Positions 12,347 through 23,462 of a stretch of DNA of 64,000 nt are shown here, in pieces. Under the pieces are notes generated by a model. It worked only from the letters and a program-made list of their open reading frames with translations. It searched no databases and had not been told where the DNA came from. A program made the position numbers and the translations under genes. Source of the stretch: an uncultured Armatimonadia bacterium (GTDB lineage Bacteria; Armatimonadota; Zipacnadia; CAVVLO01). Each line of letters starts with the position of its first letter. The first letter of the stretch is position 1. The stretch is from contig CAVVLO010000002.1 of NCBI GenBank assembly GCA_963749155.1, forward strand, positions 256,001-320,000, in the 5' to 3' direction.

Positions 12347-14610
12347 TCTGGCAATGTCAGCTCCTTGATGGCGCGAGGTTCAACTTCAGCTGTCACAGTC
12401 TTGTCGCCAAGGCTGACCCTGGCCTCGAGAGGCCCATCGGTGTAGTTCAGATAGAGAAATTCCTTTGGGCCTACCTGCGTGCCAAAAAGGCCATCCGCTT
12501 TACAGTCGTAAAGGGGAAGATTAAAGGCTGGAAGCAATTGCCCTAGCTCGGTTGCCAGCTCGGTCATATTGGCCAGGCGCTTTACCGCGCCCTTACCGAG
12601 AGACCGACCTGCCGAGGTGCTTCCGAAAAGCGTCTTCTCGGGCGCGTCGGTCTGTTCGACACTCATAAAAGCTGGTACGCCCACCACTAGCAGTCTGCCA
12701 CCGCGCGTAACCCAGTCCGCGATACGGGTCGCATCAGCAGTCTCCATCACGTTGCCGCTGGCAATAACCAGCAATTTGTGGCGCTCCAGGGCGCCGGCGG
12801 CCAGTAGAGTCTCGTCCAGCCAGTCGTAATCCACCAGGTCGCGCAGCAGCACAGCCTGCTCGAGATGGCCGCCCCACTTGATAGAGAGGCTGGTATTGGG
12901 GTACCAGAGGGCCAGTGGGACAATTGGATTCCGCTTCTCCAGGAAGGGCAGGCAGGCGCGCTGACGCTCCAGCCTCAGATTGTCGGCCACTGCGTTGCGA
13001 TCATATTCGTGAAGCTGGTTGGCGCCCGAGGCGATGGCGTTGTAGAAACGTGCCACGATGCCGTTGGCATCTACCAGGCTGGCAGGTTCGAAGGCGAAAT
13101 AAGCTCCGTAGAACTTGCCCGCCGAGGCCACCCAGCGCGTAATGGCGACATTACCCGAGTAGTGAGAGCCTTCATTGGTGATGCGCACCCCTGCCTGGTG
13201 CTTGGCGGCGACGCGGCATTGCTCTGCGAAATCTGACCCATGCTCAGGCGGCGCGCTGCCTCCTGTACATAGATAGATAGGCGTCTTGGGGAAGTATTTC
13301 CGCGTGGTGGCCATCCACCAGTCCGACCAGTCGGTCATCGAGGCGCGGTACCATTCGACGAAATCCAGCCAGTGACGCCGCGTTGGGCCAGGCGCTGTCG
13401 GCAGAGCGGACTTTAGTTCGCCAACTCCCTCGCCGCGCGCCGGGTAGTCCACTGCCTCGAAGGACGTGTAATTCGTGCCCCAGGCCCGATTCAGCTTGGC
13501 CCGGTCTCCATATTTGGCTTTTGCCCACTCACGAAAATCAGCCAGCGCGTACTTGTCATTGCACCAGAAGCCCGCGTGGTTATGGTATTCGCCCGGGATT
13601 ATCTGGGTCCAGTCACCGGCAACTGAATAGATAGCCTCGCCGAAGTCGCCCTGGATGCCCAGCAAGACTGACTCGATGACCCCACTGTCCTTGTAGCGCT
13701 CTGCGAAGGCAGCCAGGAACCGGTCTATCCACCTTGGCAGATTAGGATTCCAGAGCGACTCGATTTTGCTCGCAGTGCCATGCTCGAGGCAGGCGCAGGG
13801 GTAATGCTGATCGCTGGCGCGAAACCAGTCGGGGGTCGAGTAAGCAGGGCCTAATATAAGGAAAGGCACCCATTTGAGCTCCTGACGCTTCAATTCTTCG
13901 ACTCTCTGATCCCACTTGGACCAGTCCCACTGGCCTTCGCCCTTCTGCTCGCAGGTCTCCCAGGTGACATAGCTCTCGATGCTGGTCACACCGATAGCCT
14001 TGAACAGCATTAGTGTGGCTTCGTCCGCGTCCGAGCCAAAGGTGTAGAACATCGTTTTGGGGGCTTCCAGCTTCGGCAGCCTGGCTACCGTGGTCGCCAT
14101 CCGTTCCATATCGTCGGGAAGCTGGATGTCAGGCTTCTCCTTCATCACTTCGAGCCTGGAGATGATGATGCCGCCGAAGAAGGCCAGGCGAAAATCGCTG
14201 CCCCAGTTTTGGGCGCCTTTCAGCGCGGCGTTTTCGACATGGAGTAAAGCGCGTTGCCACTCTCCCCCATTGGTCATCAGGAAGGTCGTGCCCTTGTCAT
14301 AGTTGGCCCTGGTACTGTTGAATTCAACAAGCACAGAGCCCATCCCCTGGTCGAGGAAGTCCACCAGTATCCAGAAGTCGCTGCCCAGGGTCTGACGCGC
14401 TTCGGGGGTAAGTTTGAAATAGAGATAGCCAGAACTCGGATCGCCAGCAATAGCCTCGCGTCCGGCGACCTCTTTGGGCGCCCATTTGCCATCTCCACTG
14501 TTTGGCACTTCGATGCCGTTGCCTTCGGTGGCGGTTATATAGAGGCCCTGCTGGGCCTGGCAGCCCGAAACAAGCCCGGCAAGCAGCAGAACGATTATAA
14601 GTCTGATCAT
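12343..14610 (-). CDS. Secreted GH14/GH42-like glycoside hydrolase
   Basis: Likely start MIRLII at 14610; SIESYVTWETCEQKGEGQWDWS, LLGIQGDFGEA and LNRAWGTNYTSF motifs; C-terminal trimerisation-like domain. Confidence 0.65.
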   Translation of the reverse strand: MIRLIIVLLLAGLVSGCQAQQGLYITATEGNGIEVPNSGDGKWAPKEVAGREAIAGDPSSGYLYFKLTPEARQTLGSDFWILVDFLDQGMGSVLVEFNSTRANYDKGTTFLMTNGGEWQRALLHVENAALKGAQNWGSDFRLAFFGGIIISRLEVMKEKPDIQLPDDMERMATTVARLPKLEAPKTMFYTFGSDADEATLMLFKAIGVTSIESYVTWETCEQKGEGQWDWSKWDQRVEELKRQELKWVPFLILGPAYSTPDWFRASDQHYPCACLEHGTASKIESLWNPNLPRWIDRFLAAFAERYKDSGVIESVLLGIQGDFGEAIYSVAGDWTQIIPGEYHNHAGFWCNDKYALADFREWAKAKYGDRAKLNRAWGTNYTSFEAVDYPARGEGVGELKSALPTAPGPTRRHWLDFVEWYRASMTDWSDWWMATTRKYFPKTPIYLCTGGSAPPEHGSDFAEQCRVAAKHQAGVRITNEGSHYSGNVAITRWVASAGKFYGAYFAFEPASLVDANGIVARFYNAIASGANQLHEYDRNAVADNLRLERQRACLPFLEKRNPIVPLALWYPNTSLSIKWGGHLEQAVLLRDLVDYDWLDETLLAAGALERHKLLVIASGNVMETADATRIADWVTRGGRLLVVGVPAFMSVEQTDAPEKTLFGSTSAGRSLGKGAVKRLANMTELATELGQLLPAFNLPLYDCKADGLFGTQVGPKEFLYLNYTDGPLEARVSLGDKTVTAEVEPRAIKELTLPE

Positions 14611-14646
14611 ATAAAGCCTCCCTGAAGCCCAAGGTCGTGTTTCCAG

Positions 14647-14708
14647 TTCGACCTTTGAATTCAAAGCCCTGCGCGAGCTTTGGAAGGGAACATGCAGCCT
14701 TGAGCGAA
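14647..14708. promoter_or_regulatory. Divergent sigmaH-like promoters with a palindromic operator candidate
   Basis: - strand GCAGGG-N14-GTCGAA whose spacer is the perfect palindrome CTTTGAATTCAAAG (14653-14666); + strand GAAGGG(14683)-N14-AGCGAA. Confidence 0.5.
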
Positions 14709-14742
14709 CTCCCCGGCTGACTTATACCTGGAGGCAACGATT

Positions 14743-16709
14743 ATGGAGCACTCTCCCTGGGCGCGCGAGTTGACTTTGGTCGCTCTGGCGCTGGCCTTAT
14801 TGCTTGCTACAACCGCTTCTGCGAAGGGCGATTTCAACCTGGGCAGCTTCTCTTACGAATTGAAACGCGATGGGCAGTTGCTCGCTTCGGCGAACCAGGA
14901 GCCACTCTTCGTTTTGCTCTATTCGGAATCGCCTGATATCTGGCAGGCGCGCACCTGGCGGATGGTCGGCCCTGATGAAGAGCGCGTCGAGCGCGAGGGC
15001 TCCGGCTACAAGCTGGAAGTTCCCTCTTTCGAGAAGCTGGCAGTCAGCCTGAAGGCGCAGGCTGCACTAGACAGGCAAGGCAACATCAGTTGGCGATTCA
15101 ACCTTAAGAATGATTCGCCAGGTACGGTTGTGGGCGTCATCGGCCCCTGCCTGCGCAATGTGAAAGACAGGCTGGAAGGCTGTCTTTATGTGCCTAACCG
15201 GGCTGGTCATATCATCCGGGATCCCTGGACCTAAGCTTGCTAGACGCGGTGCAGCATATGGAATACCCCGTGCCTGCCTCGATGCAGTATCTCGCTTTCT
15301 GCGGGAAGGACGGCGGGGTGGCAGTCCACTGTTTCGATCGGGCGATGGCCTGGAAGCAACTCGCCTTTGGCGGCGAAGGTCGGCAGATGAGCTTCATCCA
15401 ATACCCCTTCGTGGCACCGGGTGGGGAGTGGGACTCGCCCGAATTGCTCTGGCAGGTGCTGGATAGCGACTGGCATGCCGCCGCAGACCGCTACAGGCAG
15501 TGGTTCCGCAGTTGGGCGCGCAAGCCCGAAGTGTCGCCAGTTGTGAAGCAAATGCCCAGTGTGCCTGGCGTCGTTATCAAGTCGCGCCCGGTTGAAGATG
15601 CCTATCTGAAGGACGTTACCAAGGCAATGGAGGTCGGCACCTACGAGGGTGCTTACCCCAAACTTGAGCAATATGCCAATTCCGGGCTGGATGGGGTGCA
15701 TCTGGTTGGCTGGTTCGGACAGGGCCACGACACCAGTTATCCCGATCACTACTATGCCCAGTCTATGGGCGGGCGCGAAGGGCTGCTGGCTCTTGCCGAC
15801 CGGATGCGCGAGCTGGGGTTGTTGGGCTTCTACTACCTCAACGCCCGGCTGCTTAACCTGACCAGTGTCAGCTACCGAACGCATCCCGACTGGGCGGCAA
15901 TCACTCGCACCGGCGAGCCGCGCACCGAGCAACTGGGTGGGGAGTTCTTCCAGGTTGCCTGTCCTGGTGCGCCTGGCTACCAGCGCCAGATGGCCGACGA
16001 GGTGCTGCGTGTCGCCCGAGATTATGGTGGGGCGGGTGTGCAGCTTGATCAGATCGGCGCCGCCTGGTCGGTCCTTTGCTTCGACAAGACCCACGGTCAC
16101 AAGACGCCCGCGACCGCCTGGGCAGAGGGTCATATGGAGCTGCTTGAAGGCGTCTACAAGGGCGCGCGCGCCATCAATCCCGACTTCGTGTGCTGGGTTG
16201 AAGGGGTCTGGGAAGGCTCCAGCCAGTGGGTAGATATGTCTCAGGGCGGCTTCTGGCCTGACCACCCCGGCTCTGAGCCGTTCGCGCAGCTTTATCATTA
16301 CACCTTGCCGGAGCATCCCCTGTTCGGCGATGCGCGCCTGGGCGGGGTGCCCTATTGGTGCCCGAGCGATATCGGCCGGGCCAAGCGCATCAACGCGGTG
16401 GCGGGGAAACTCCTGCTGGAGGGCGACTTCCGCGATGACATCGGTCTGACAGTCGATGGCGGAGGCGAGGGGCACTGGTTCCGCCAGGGCAAGCAAGTAG
16501 CCGTGACGGTTTACAATCCTGGGAGCGAGCGCGCGACTTTTAAGGTGAGTCTTGCGCCAGGTGAGCTGGGCCCCGTAAGTCTGCCGAAGAGCGCCAAGGC
16601 GCTTGCAGAACCGGACCAGCAGGTGACGCCGGCGGTTGTCGACGGAACCTTAACTTTCTCGGTCAGTGTGCCAGGCCGCCAGGTTGAAGCGGTGCTGCTG
16701 GACTGGTAG
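14743..16709 (+). CDS. Secreted DUF6259-like putative glycoside hydrolase (frameshift near 15232)
   Basis: ORFs 14743..15234 and 15237..16709; DWHAAADRYRQW, GWFGQGHDTSYPD, GVQLDQIG and WVEG motifs. Confidence 0.6.
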
Positions 16710-16712
16710 GGG

Positions 16713-18185
16713 CTAATCGCCGCCGGGAGCTTCTTCAGTGCAGGGTTCGAGCGCAGGCTCGGGCCCTGTTTCTTCACGAGGCAAGACCGCCACATCGCGC
16801 ACGACACTGCGCTTCCAGCGGCCTGACATATAATAAGCCAGGCTGACGAGCATGGAGGCCGCAAAACTCGCGACTATGGCCCACCAGACTCCCTCGACAC
16901 GTCCCATACGCTCGGAGAGATACGCCGCCAGGGGCACTCGCACAACCCAAAGGCTTATCAGGCTGAAAGCTGTTGTGGCCAGCGTGTGGCCTGAGCCGTT
17001 GATGACCCCGTTGATGACGAAGATGATAGCGAAGAAGACGTAGCACGAGCCGACGATGCGCAGATAGCTGGCGCCAATCTCGACTACCTCTGGCTCCTGG
17101 ATAAACAGGCGGATGAGGAAATGAGGCCCTGTGACAGCGACCGCCGTCGCGCCCAGAGTAATGATGCCACAGAAGAGGATGCCCCAATAGAGCACCTGTT
17201 TCACTCGGTCATAATGCTGGGCACCGATATTTTGCCCGACCAGCGTGGTCGCGGACATCCCAAAGGCCATCGCTGGCAGGAAGGCCAGTTGGTCTATCCG
17301 CATCGCAGCTCCGAAGGCCGCGGAAGCCTCTTCACCGAACTCGTTGACAAAACTTATGACGAAGAGCATCCCCAGCGAGATAAGCGATTGCTGCACCGAG
17401 GCGGGCAAGCCGACCTTGAAAGTAGTGACAGCCATCGCCCAGTCGATTTTCAGATGCTTCCAGTCAGGGGCAAGGATGTGAGCCTTGCGGTGCATATAGT
17501 AGAGCAGCGCAAGCAGCGCGGAATACTGGCAAAATATGCTGGCATAAGCCGTGCCATTCAGGCCCAGCTTCGGAAAACCTGCAAGGCCCAGGATGAGCAG
17601 GGGGTCGAGGATTGCGTTGGCGACGACACTCGCTGCCATAAACTTGAGAGGAGTTGTAGAATCGCCGACTCCTCTCAGAAGTGAGGAGAGCAGGAAAAAA
17701 CCGAACATCCCAGGCAAGGTCAGCAGCACCAGATGCAGATAAGGCTGAGCAAGAGGCATCACATCTGGGGGCACGCTCATCAATTTGAGCAAAGGCCCAA
17801 CAGCCAGCTCGCCCAGTCCAAGACATATAACTGCAAGCCCGGCAAGCAACACGAAAGAGGTCTGTACTACCAGCTTTACTTTATCGTTCTTGCCTGCGCC
17901 ATAATATTGGGCTACGAGAATATTGGCCGCCATCGTCAGCCCGTTGCCGACCGCCATCAGCACAAACATCACGGGGAAGGTATTTGTGACTGCCGCCATT
18001 GCCGCCACGCCCAGGTAGTTGCCTACCCAGATAGCGTTGATGAAACTATAGGCAGTGTGGAGCACATTTCCCACAAGCAGGGGCAAAGAAAAGAGGATAA
18101 GGTGCCTGGGGATGCTGCCTACTGTAAGGTCAACGCCATAGGTGCGCTTTGGCGAAGATTCCGGTTGGGGCTGTTCTGAGTCCAC
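16713..18185 (-). CDS. MATE family efflux transporter
   Basis: 490 aa, about 12 TM segments; DLTVGSI, LRGVGDSTTPL, NAILDPLLI and VGQNIGA motifs. Confidence 0.92.
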   Translation of the reverse strand: MDSEQPQPESSPKRTYGVDLTVGSIPRHLILFSLPLLVGNVLHTAYSFINAIWVGNYLGVAAMAAVTNTFPVMFVLMAVGNGLTMAANILVAQYYGAGKNDKVKLVVQTSFVLLAGLAVICLGLGELAVGPLLKLMSVPPDVMPLAQPYLHLVLLTLPGMFGFFLLSSLLRGVGDSTTPLKFMAASVVANAILDPLLILGLAGFPKLGLNGTAYASIFCQYSALLALLYYMHRKAHILAPDWKHLKIDWAMAVTTFKVGLPASVQQSLISLGMLFVISFVNEFGEEASAAFGAAMRIDQLAFLPAMAFGMSATTLVGQNIGAQHYDRVKQVLYWGILFCGIITLGATAVAVTGPHFLIRLFIQEPEVVEIGASYLRIVGSCYVFFAIIFVINGVINGSGHTLATTAFSLISLWVVRVPLAAYLSERMGRVEGVWWAIVASFAASMLVSLAYYMSGRWKRSVVRDVAVLPREETGPEPALEPCTEEAPGGD

Positions 18186-18274
18186 TGCTTGCCTGCCTTA
18201 AGAAAAGAGCAACATATGAATAAGTTTAGTGTTGGCCCGAAGGTTACGCCGCAAAGAAGAAGTTGTCAAAGGAT

Positions 18275-21018
18275 TCAAGGTTTCTGCTCGAGCAACTTCA
18301 CAAAGCAGAATTGCTCTGTCTCAGGATTCCATCGCGCCTCGACGAGATCACCAGGCTCGAACCACCTGGCACCAACGACAAGCGGACAGGAGGCAGGCCT
18401 TTCAGGCGGGACGCGTGTTGTCAAGGCTAGCCACACTGCTGATGGGCATCGTAAGTCCGCCTTCCAGCCCAAGGCGAGGCAAGTCGAAAGCCGTGCAGGG
18501 AAGGAAGCTGATAACGCGGGTAGTCACCGCTCCGCGCAAGGCCGTAACCTGTACAGCCAGGCCGTCCTCGAGCAGGACTGAGATGTCATCTCCACCCAGC
18601 AGCTCGCCGAGACCAGCCCCTTCAATCTGCTCTCCGTTCACGACCAACGTCACCTTGCAGTCGGGCGAAAGGGTAATCCTGCGTCCAACGAAGCCCCCCT
18701 CGTAGGGGTCGAGAGTGACTGCATCGCCCGCAGTTGAGCGCAATTCGCCGCGCTCAAGGCGATCGAGAGAGGGCGGCTCCCAGGGCCGGTAGGTATCAGG
18801 CTGGACAGCAAGCCGGGCTGCCTTCAGCAGACTAACTGCCGCCGGGAAACGTCCCTCGGTGAGGGCCTGCTGCGCCACGGAAAGAGTAGCCTCGGGTACT
18901 CCGGCAGCCTCGGCGCGTTGCAGTTCAAACTGGGCTTGCCCTCGCCAGGCGACCAGCAGGCTTTCGGCTCTCAATCGGTCGGCACTGACCGGTTTGGTGT
19001 CGACGAGATACTGCTCCTCGGCCCAGGGCTCTTCAACGGAAAGGTCGAACACGCACACCCAGCCGCTCAGGCCCAGGGGATGCAGGTCCAGCTCCAGGGG
19101 CAACTCCGTGCGCCCTTTAGCCCACTCTGACAGGTCTATCGAGAACTCTCCATTCGCATCGTGCATCCGCCAGACCTCGGTCGAGCGTGCCGTCAGGCTG
19201 GATGACGCTCAGGGCCACATAGGCGTTCTCGTCGGCCTGGTTCAGGACGAAAGCCCGCGCCCGGAGGCGCAGCGCCAGCCGGTCGAAGGTCGGCTGCTTC
19301 AAGAGTTCGGAGGCAGAAAGGGTGAAACGCGTTAGGTTCGACTGACCAAGTTGTTTACCGACAAGAGCTCTGTCGGGGGTGGGCCAGATGTACTCGGCGC
19401 GCACAGCCTCGGTGCTGAAACGCTCGGGCCAATCCTCATACTGGAAACTCTCTTCCAGCAGCGTCGGTCGCCAGGTGACAGCGCGAGGGAAGGCGCCGTG
19501 GTCAGAAGCGAGACTTTCTACCGTAGCTTGTAGTCCCTCATCCGACAGGTTGAAGAGGGTGATATGGGTGCAGCCGGCCGCATAGGCGATCTGAGCATCT
19601 CCCGCGGCGGTAGTTGCGCCGCCCAGCTCACAGTTGATGTTGGCGGGCAGGCCGAGTTCCTGCTGCAGCTTGAGCCAGGCTGGAAGCCCCGCGCCCGAGC
19701 CGGCGGCAGTAGTGGCGTAGCCTCCCCATTCACCACCGACAGCGCAGTCATCGAGGACGCCCACGGCAAGAGCTTCGGTCGGGTTGTCGAAACACCAGCC
19801 ACCCAGGAAGGTATGGGTGTAGATTTTGTCACGCAGCGGACTTGCGCCCAGGCCCTTGAGCAGCGCGCCCGAGATCTCTCGGTTATAAACGCGCAGGCTA
19901 GCCTGCAAGAAGGCCAGTTCATCCGGGCTGAGTTCGTCAGTGGGATCGAGTTGGATTCCCACCTCGGTCGCGGCTTGCACTAACGAAGGATTAAAGTCGG
20001 CCTGCAGGTTAGGCGGCGTGTCAGGCATCCCGGCGCCCCAGTAGGTGACTTCGTTGTCCAGCACGAGGCTGAAGAGAGGCAGGTCGGGATGCGAGTCGGC
20101 AAGCTCGCGCAGCAGGCGTCCGGTGGTCTCGAACTGGCGGGCCTTGAAAGCATTGAGGTCAGGATTGCGAGTCGTCAGCCAGGGCACGCTGCTCCAGTGG
20201 TTGGGCACCGAAAGACCATACTGCCTCTTCTCGGGATCGTAGGTGACCTGCTGATAGGTGGGGTCGTACCAGTGACCGCCCTGACCATCAGGCCCAGAGG
20301 GCGTCCCTGCCCACCAGGTGTTGAGTTGCAGTTCCAGCCCCAGGTCGGCGCCCGCGCAACCTTGAACGAGGGCTTCAAGACGCTGCCTGATGTCTTCCGG
20401 AGGCCACTGCGCAAGGGCGAAGGTCGGGACACTGACCAGTGGGGTGAAAAGGGCGTTCTTCGGCAGCAACGCGCGGAGGGCTGCGAGGCGCTCGGGCTCT
20501 ACCCAGAAGCCCACTGTAGGCCCAAGGGCCATCGGGAGAGCCATCCCCGCTTCCTGAACATAGCCTTCCAGGTCGCGGTAGACAACAACTCGGTCCAGGC
20601 AGAGCGAGTGGGGCGCCCGGTTGATGAAGCGCAGCTCGAAAGGTTGGGCCGTTGCCTCTGCCGGCAGATCGACGAAAGCTGTCGCTGGCCCGGCGGTATC
20701 AAAGGCCTCGCAGCGGAAGACCAGCGGCTTGCCGTTTAGTTCAACCAGGTAGGCTGGGCTCTGAAGGGCGTTGGTGCGGAACTCGCGGACCTCCAGCGTC
20801 AGTCCACCTCCCTCCCAGCCGGGCAGCCCAAGGGTGGCTGTGCCACCACGGGCCAGTTCGATGCCCGAGAAGGAGGCTGTCCTGTCGCCAAACTGCCAAC
20901 TCCACTGGACAGGACTGGCGTCAGTGGCCTTGGCAGGATCGAACCTAAACTCTCCAAGCCGCTGCGCCCAGGCCCCGCACGCGAGCAGCAGTAGAAGCAG
21001 CGTGAGGCAGCATCTCAA
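18275..21018 (-). CDS. Large secreted hypothetical protein, possible GH-A-like domain (frameshifts near 19180 and 18410)
   Basis: ORFs 19117..21018, 18402..19166 and 18275..18472; signal peptide; LVLDNEVTYW; TTG start overlaps the upstream stop. Confidence 0.5.
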
Positions 21019-23462
21019 GGCTGGACCTCCGTAAGCTTGAGACAGGCATAGTGGCCAAGATTTCGGACCGTTATCCGCGCCCAGCCGTCCCTGCAGACGA
21101 CCTCGGCGGAAGTCTGGTCCTGCGGGGAGAGCGCCTTCACTGTGGCAGCGCTCCAGTCCTCGGGCAATCTGACCCTCACGGACAACTCTCCAATTGGCGA
21201 AAGCGCATCAGTTATGGGGTCCAGGTTGTAGTTCACCAGGTCGACGAAGCGCGCCTTGCCCTCCTCAGAGCGCCAAAGGGTCAGTCCGACACGCGGCGGC
21301 AGTCCGCCTGCGACCAGCACGGAAGGGCCAACCAGGTTCAGCAATTCCGGCAGGCGTTTCGGGCGGTCGTCCGAGGCCAGGTAAAAGTCGCGGCCGAGAT
21401 TGGCGGCCAGCCAGGTGACGGAACCCCCGCCCAGGCGCCTGACCCGCTTGTCAGTGCCATCTGAGCCGAGGTTGAAGAGCGTCTCCCCGAGCGACTTCTC
21501 GCGCGGCAGGAAACAACCGGAGGGGTCCTCTCGAGTGCCCAACGGGCCGGTCACGATAAGTTGGCCACCTGACGCTGTCCAGCGCTGGACTGCCTGCCCG
21601 GCCTTCTCGGAAAGTGCCGCCACGTGAGGCAGCACAAGCGCGCGCAGCCCTTTCAACTCGGTGTCGGTGAGCTTCCAGTCGGGGAGCATCCGATACGGCA
21701 GCGCGGCATCGGTGAGGGCCGTACCCCAGCCCAGTGCGCCGAATACCTGAGGCTGCTCATCCATATCCGGGAAGCCCCCAGGGGCCATCTCCAGCAACTG
21801 GTTGTCGGGGGAATAGACTACCGCAACATCGGCCAGCGGGCGCCGGATACCGAGTTCGGTGCGCGCGGAGTTGATGAACTTGTTCCACGCGCTGTGGATT
21901 GCCAAATCACCCGCCACGCGCGAGTTCTCCGGGTCTGCGAGCAGCAGTGTGCCGTTAGCGAAGGCCTCCGAGAGCAGCGTGTTCACGAGCCCTGGGCTGT
22001 CATTACGGGCCTGGTTCTCGCCTTCGAGGTAGTACCAGGCGGCGGCGAGTGGCCCCTGTTGGAGTTCCAGCGCCAGGCGATACATCGGGGCCATCTTGCC
22101 GGTCGGTGGCAGCATCACACCGCGTGTGCCAGTGCCCGGATGCCAGCCGGGAGAGAGCTCTGTGTTGCACATATCTACGTATTCGGGTCGTACCCAGCCC
22201 AGGCTGAAGAGCGGGATGTCATTACCGGCAATCAGGAAGTCCGGTTTACCGGCTTCGGCAGCCGCCTCGTGGATAACGTGGTAGAAAGCTGTCATATCTT
22301 CCTGGGCGCGCAGTTGGCGGAAGGCTTTGTAGGCGTTCCATACCGGTTCCTCCATCCAGCGCCGGTCATTCCAGACCGGACTGTTCAGGTCAGAAGGATC
22401 GGCTGCGCCAAATTCTTTCACTTTCGCCTTCAGGTAGTCGCGCACATCGAAGGCCGGTTACCTGTAAGCCAAGGCGCTGCCGAGTAGCGACTGGCAAGGC
22501 GCCGAGCCAGTCGCGGAAGCGCGCCACTGACCACTCACCGAAGGCCTTGCGCAGAGGGGGACTACCGAAGTTATCCCAGGGCGAATAGTTGTCGCACCAA
22601 ATGCCATCCACGCCCTGTTTGGCCAGATACAAGTGATTGACGCGCGCGCATATTCCAGCCAGAAAGGGGCGGAGAGGTCTTTGCCAAGCGACGCCACGCC
22701 ACAGTAGATTGGCTCTCCTTCAGGCACCCCCTCGACCCGCTGGACAGCGTCCTTCCCCGGATAAGCCGGCAGCAGGCCTTGAGCAAGCTCTGGATGGACC
22801 AGTTTGCCGTTCTCCCAGACGTTCACATCGGCCGGTGGGTCGTAGTTGGGCTCGATCTGCCCGTTGATATCTTTCGAGCAGCAAGCATCATACACCCGGG
22901 CGTTCAGCGGATAGGGCAGGTCGTCGCGATAGCCAAGGGCCGGCGCGCCATCGGGATAAGTTGGGACTGGAAGACCGACCGCCTCGCGACTGAAAGCCGG
23001 CATCGCGAAGTCTTCATCGTTCACCGAGTTGTGCGGCCCTACCCAACGCAAGGCATTGCCGTGCTCGAGGCTCGGGTGCGCCCAGTTCCAGTGAGAACGC
23101 AGTCCACTTGCGCAGGTGGGGTCATCGTCACGCATCACGAAGCTGCCGTCTTCTTTTTGCTGGAAGGCCAGCGCGTAGAGCATCACATCGCCGAAGCCCT
23201 CTATCCATGAGAAGTTGCGCGCGCCGGCTTCGCGGAACGGCTGAAAGCGCTTTTCATGATCGAGTTCGGCCAGGCGCTGGGCATAACGACCCCAGGTCGG
23301 GTCGATTGCCATCCCCGTCATCGCCAGGCGCGCGTGGCTGTCCGTGAAAAGCTGCCAGTCGGACGTCGCGATGAAGGTGGGGTAGTCCCACCACCAGGGC
23401 GCCGCGAAGCCGGTTGTTGCAATGATTAGCAGCAGTGCCAGCAGCAGGCTAGTCCGCAGCAT
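21015..23462 (-). CDS. Secreted GH42-like/hypothetical glycoside hydrolase (frameshifts near 22630 and 22445)
   Basis: ORFs 22458..23630 (start MLRTSLL at 23462), 22390..22632 and 21015..22445; GVDGIWCDN; C-terminal LVLPHVAALS...GGQLIVTG trimerisation-like domain. Confidence 0.55.

Noticed and set aside
15225..15240. Stop-codon readthrough or programmed frameshifting at split genes
   Set aside because: Downstream parts are in different frames with no consistent slippery sequence; sequencing indels are more parsimonious
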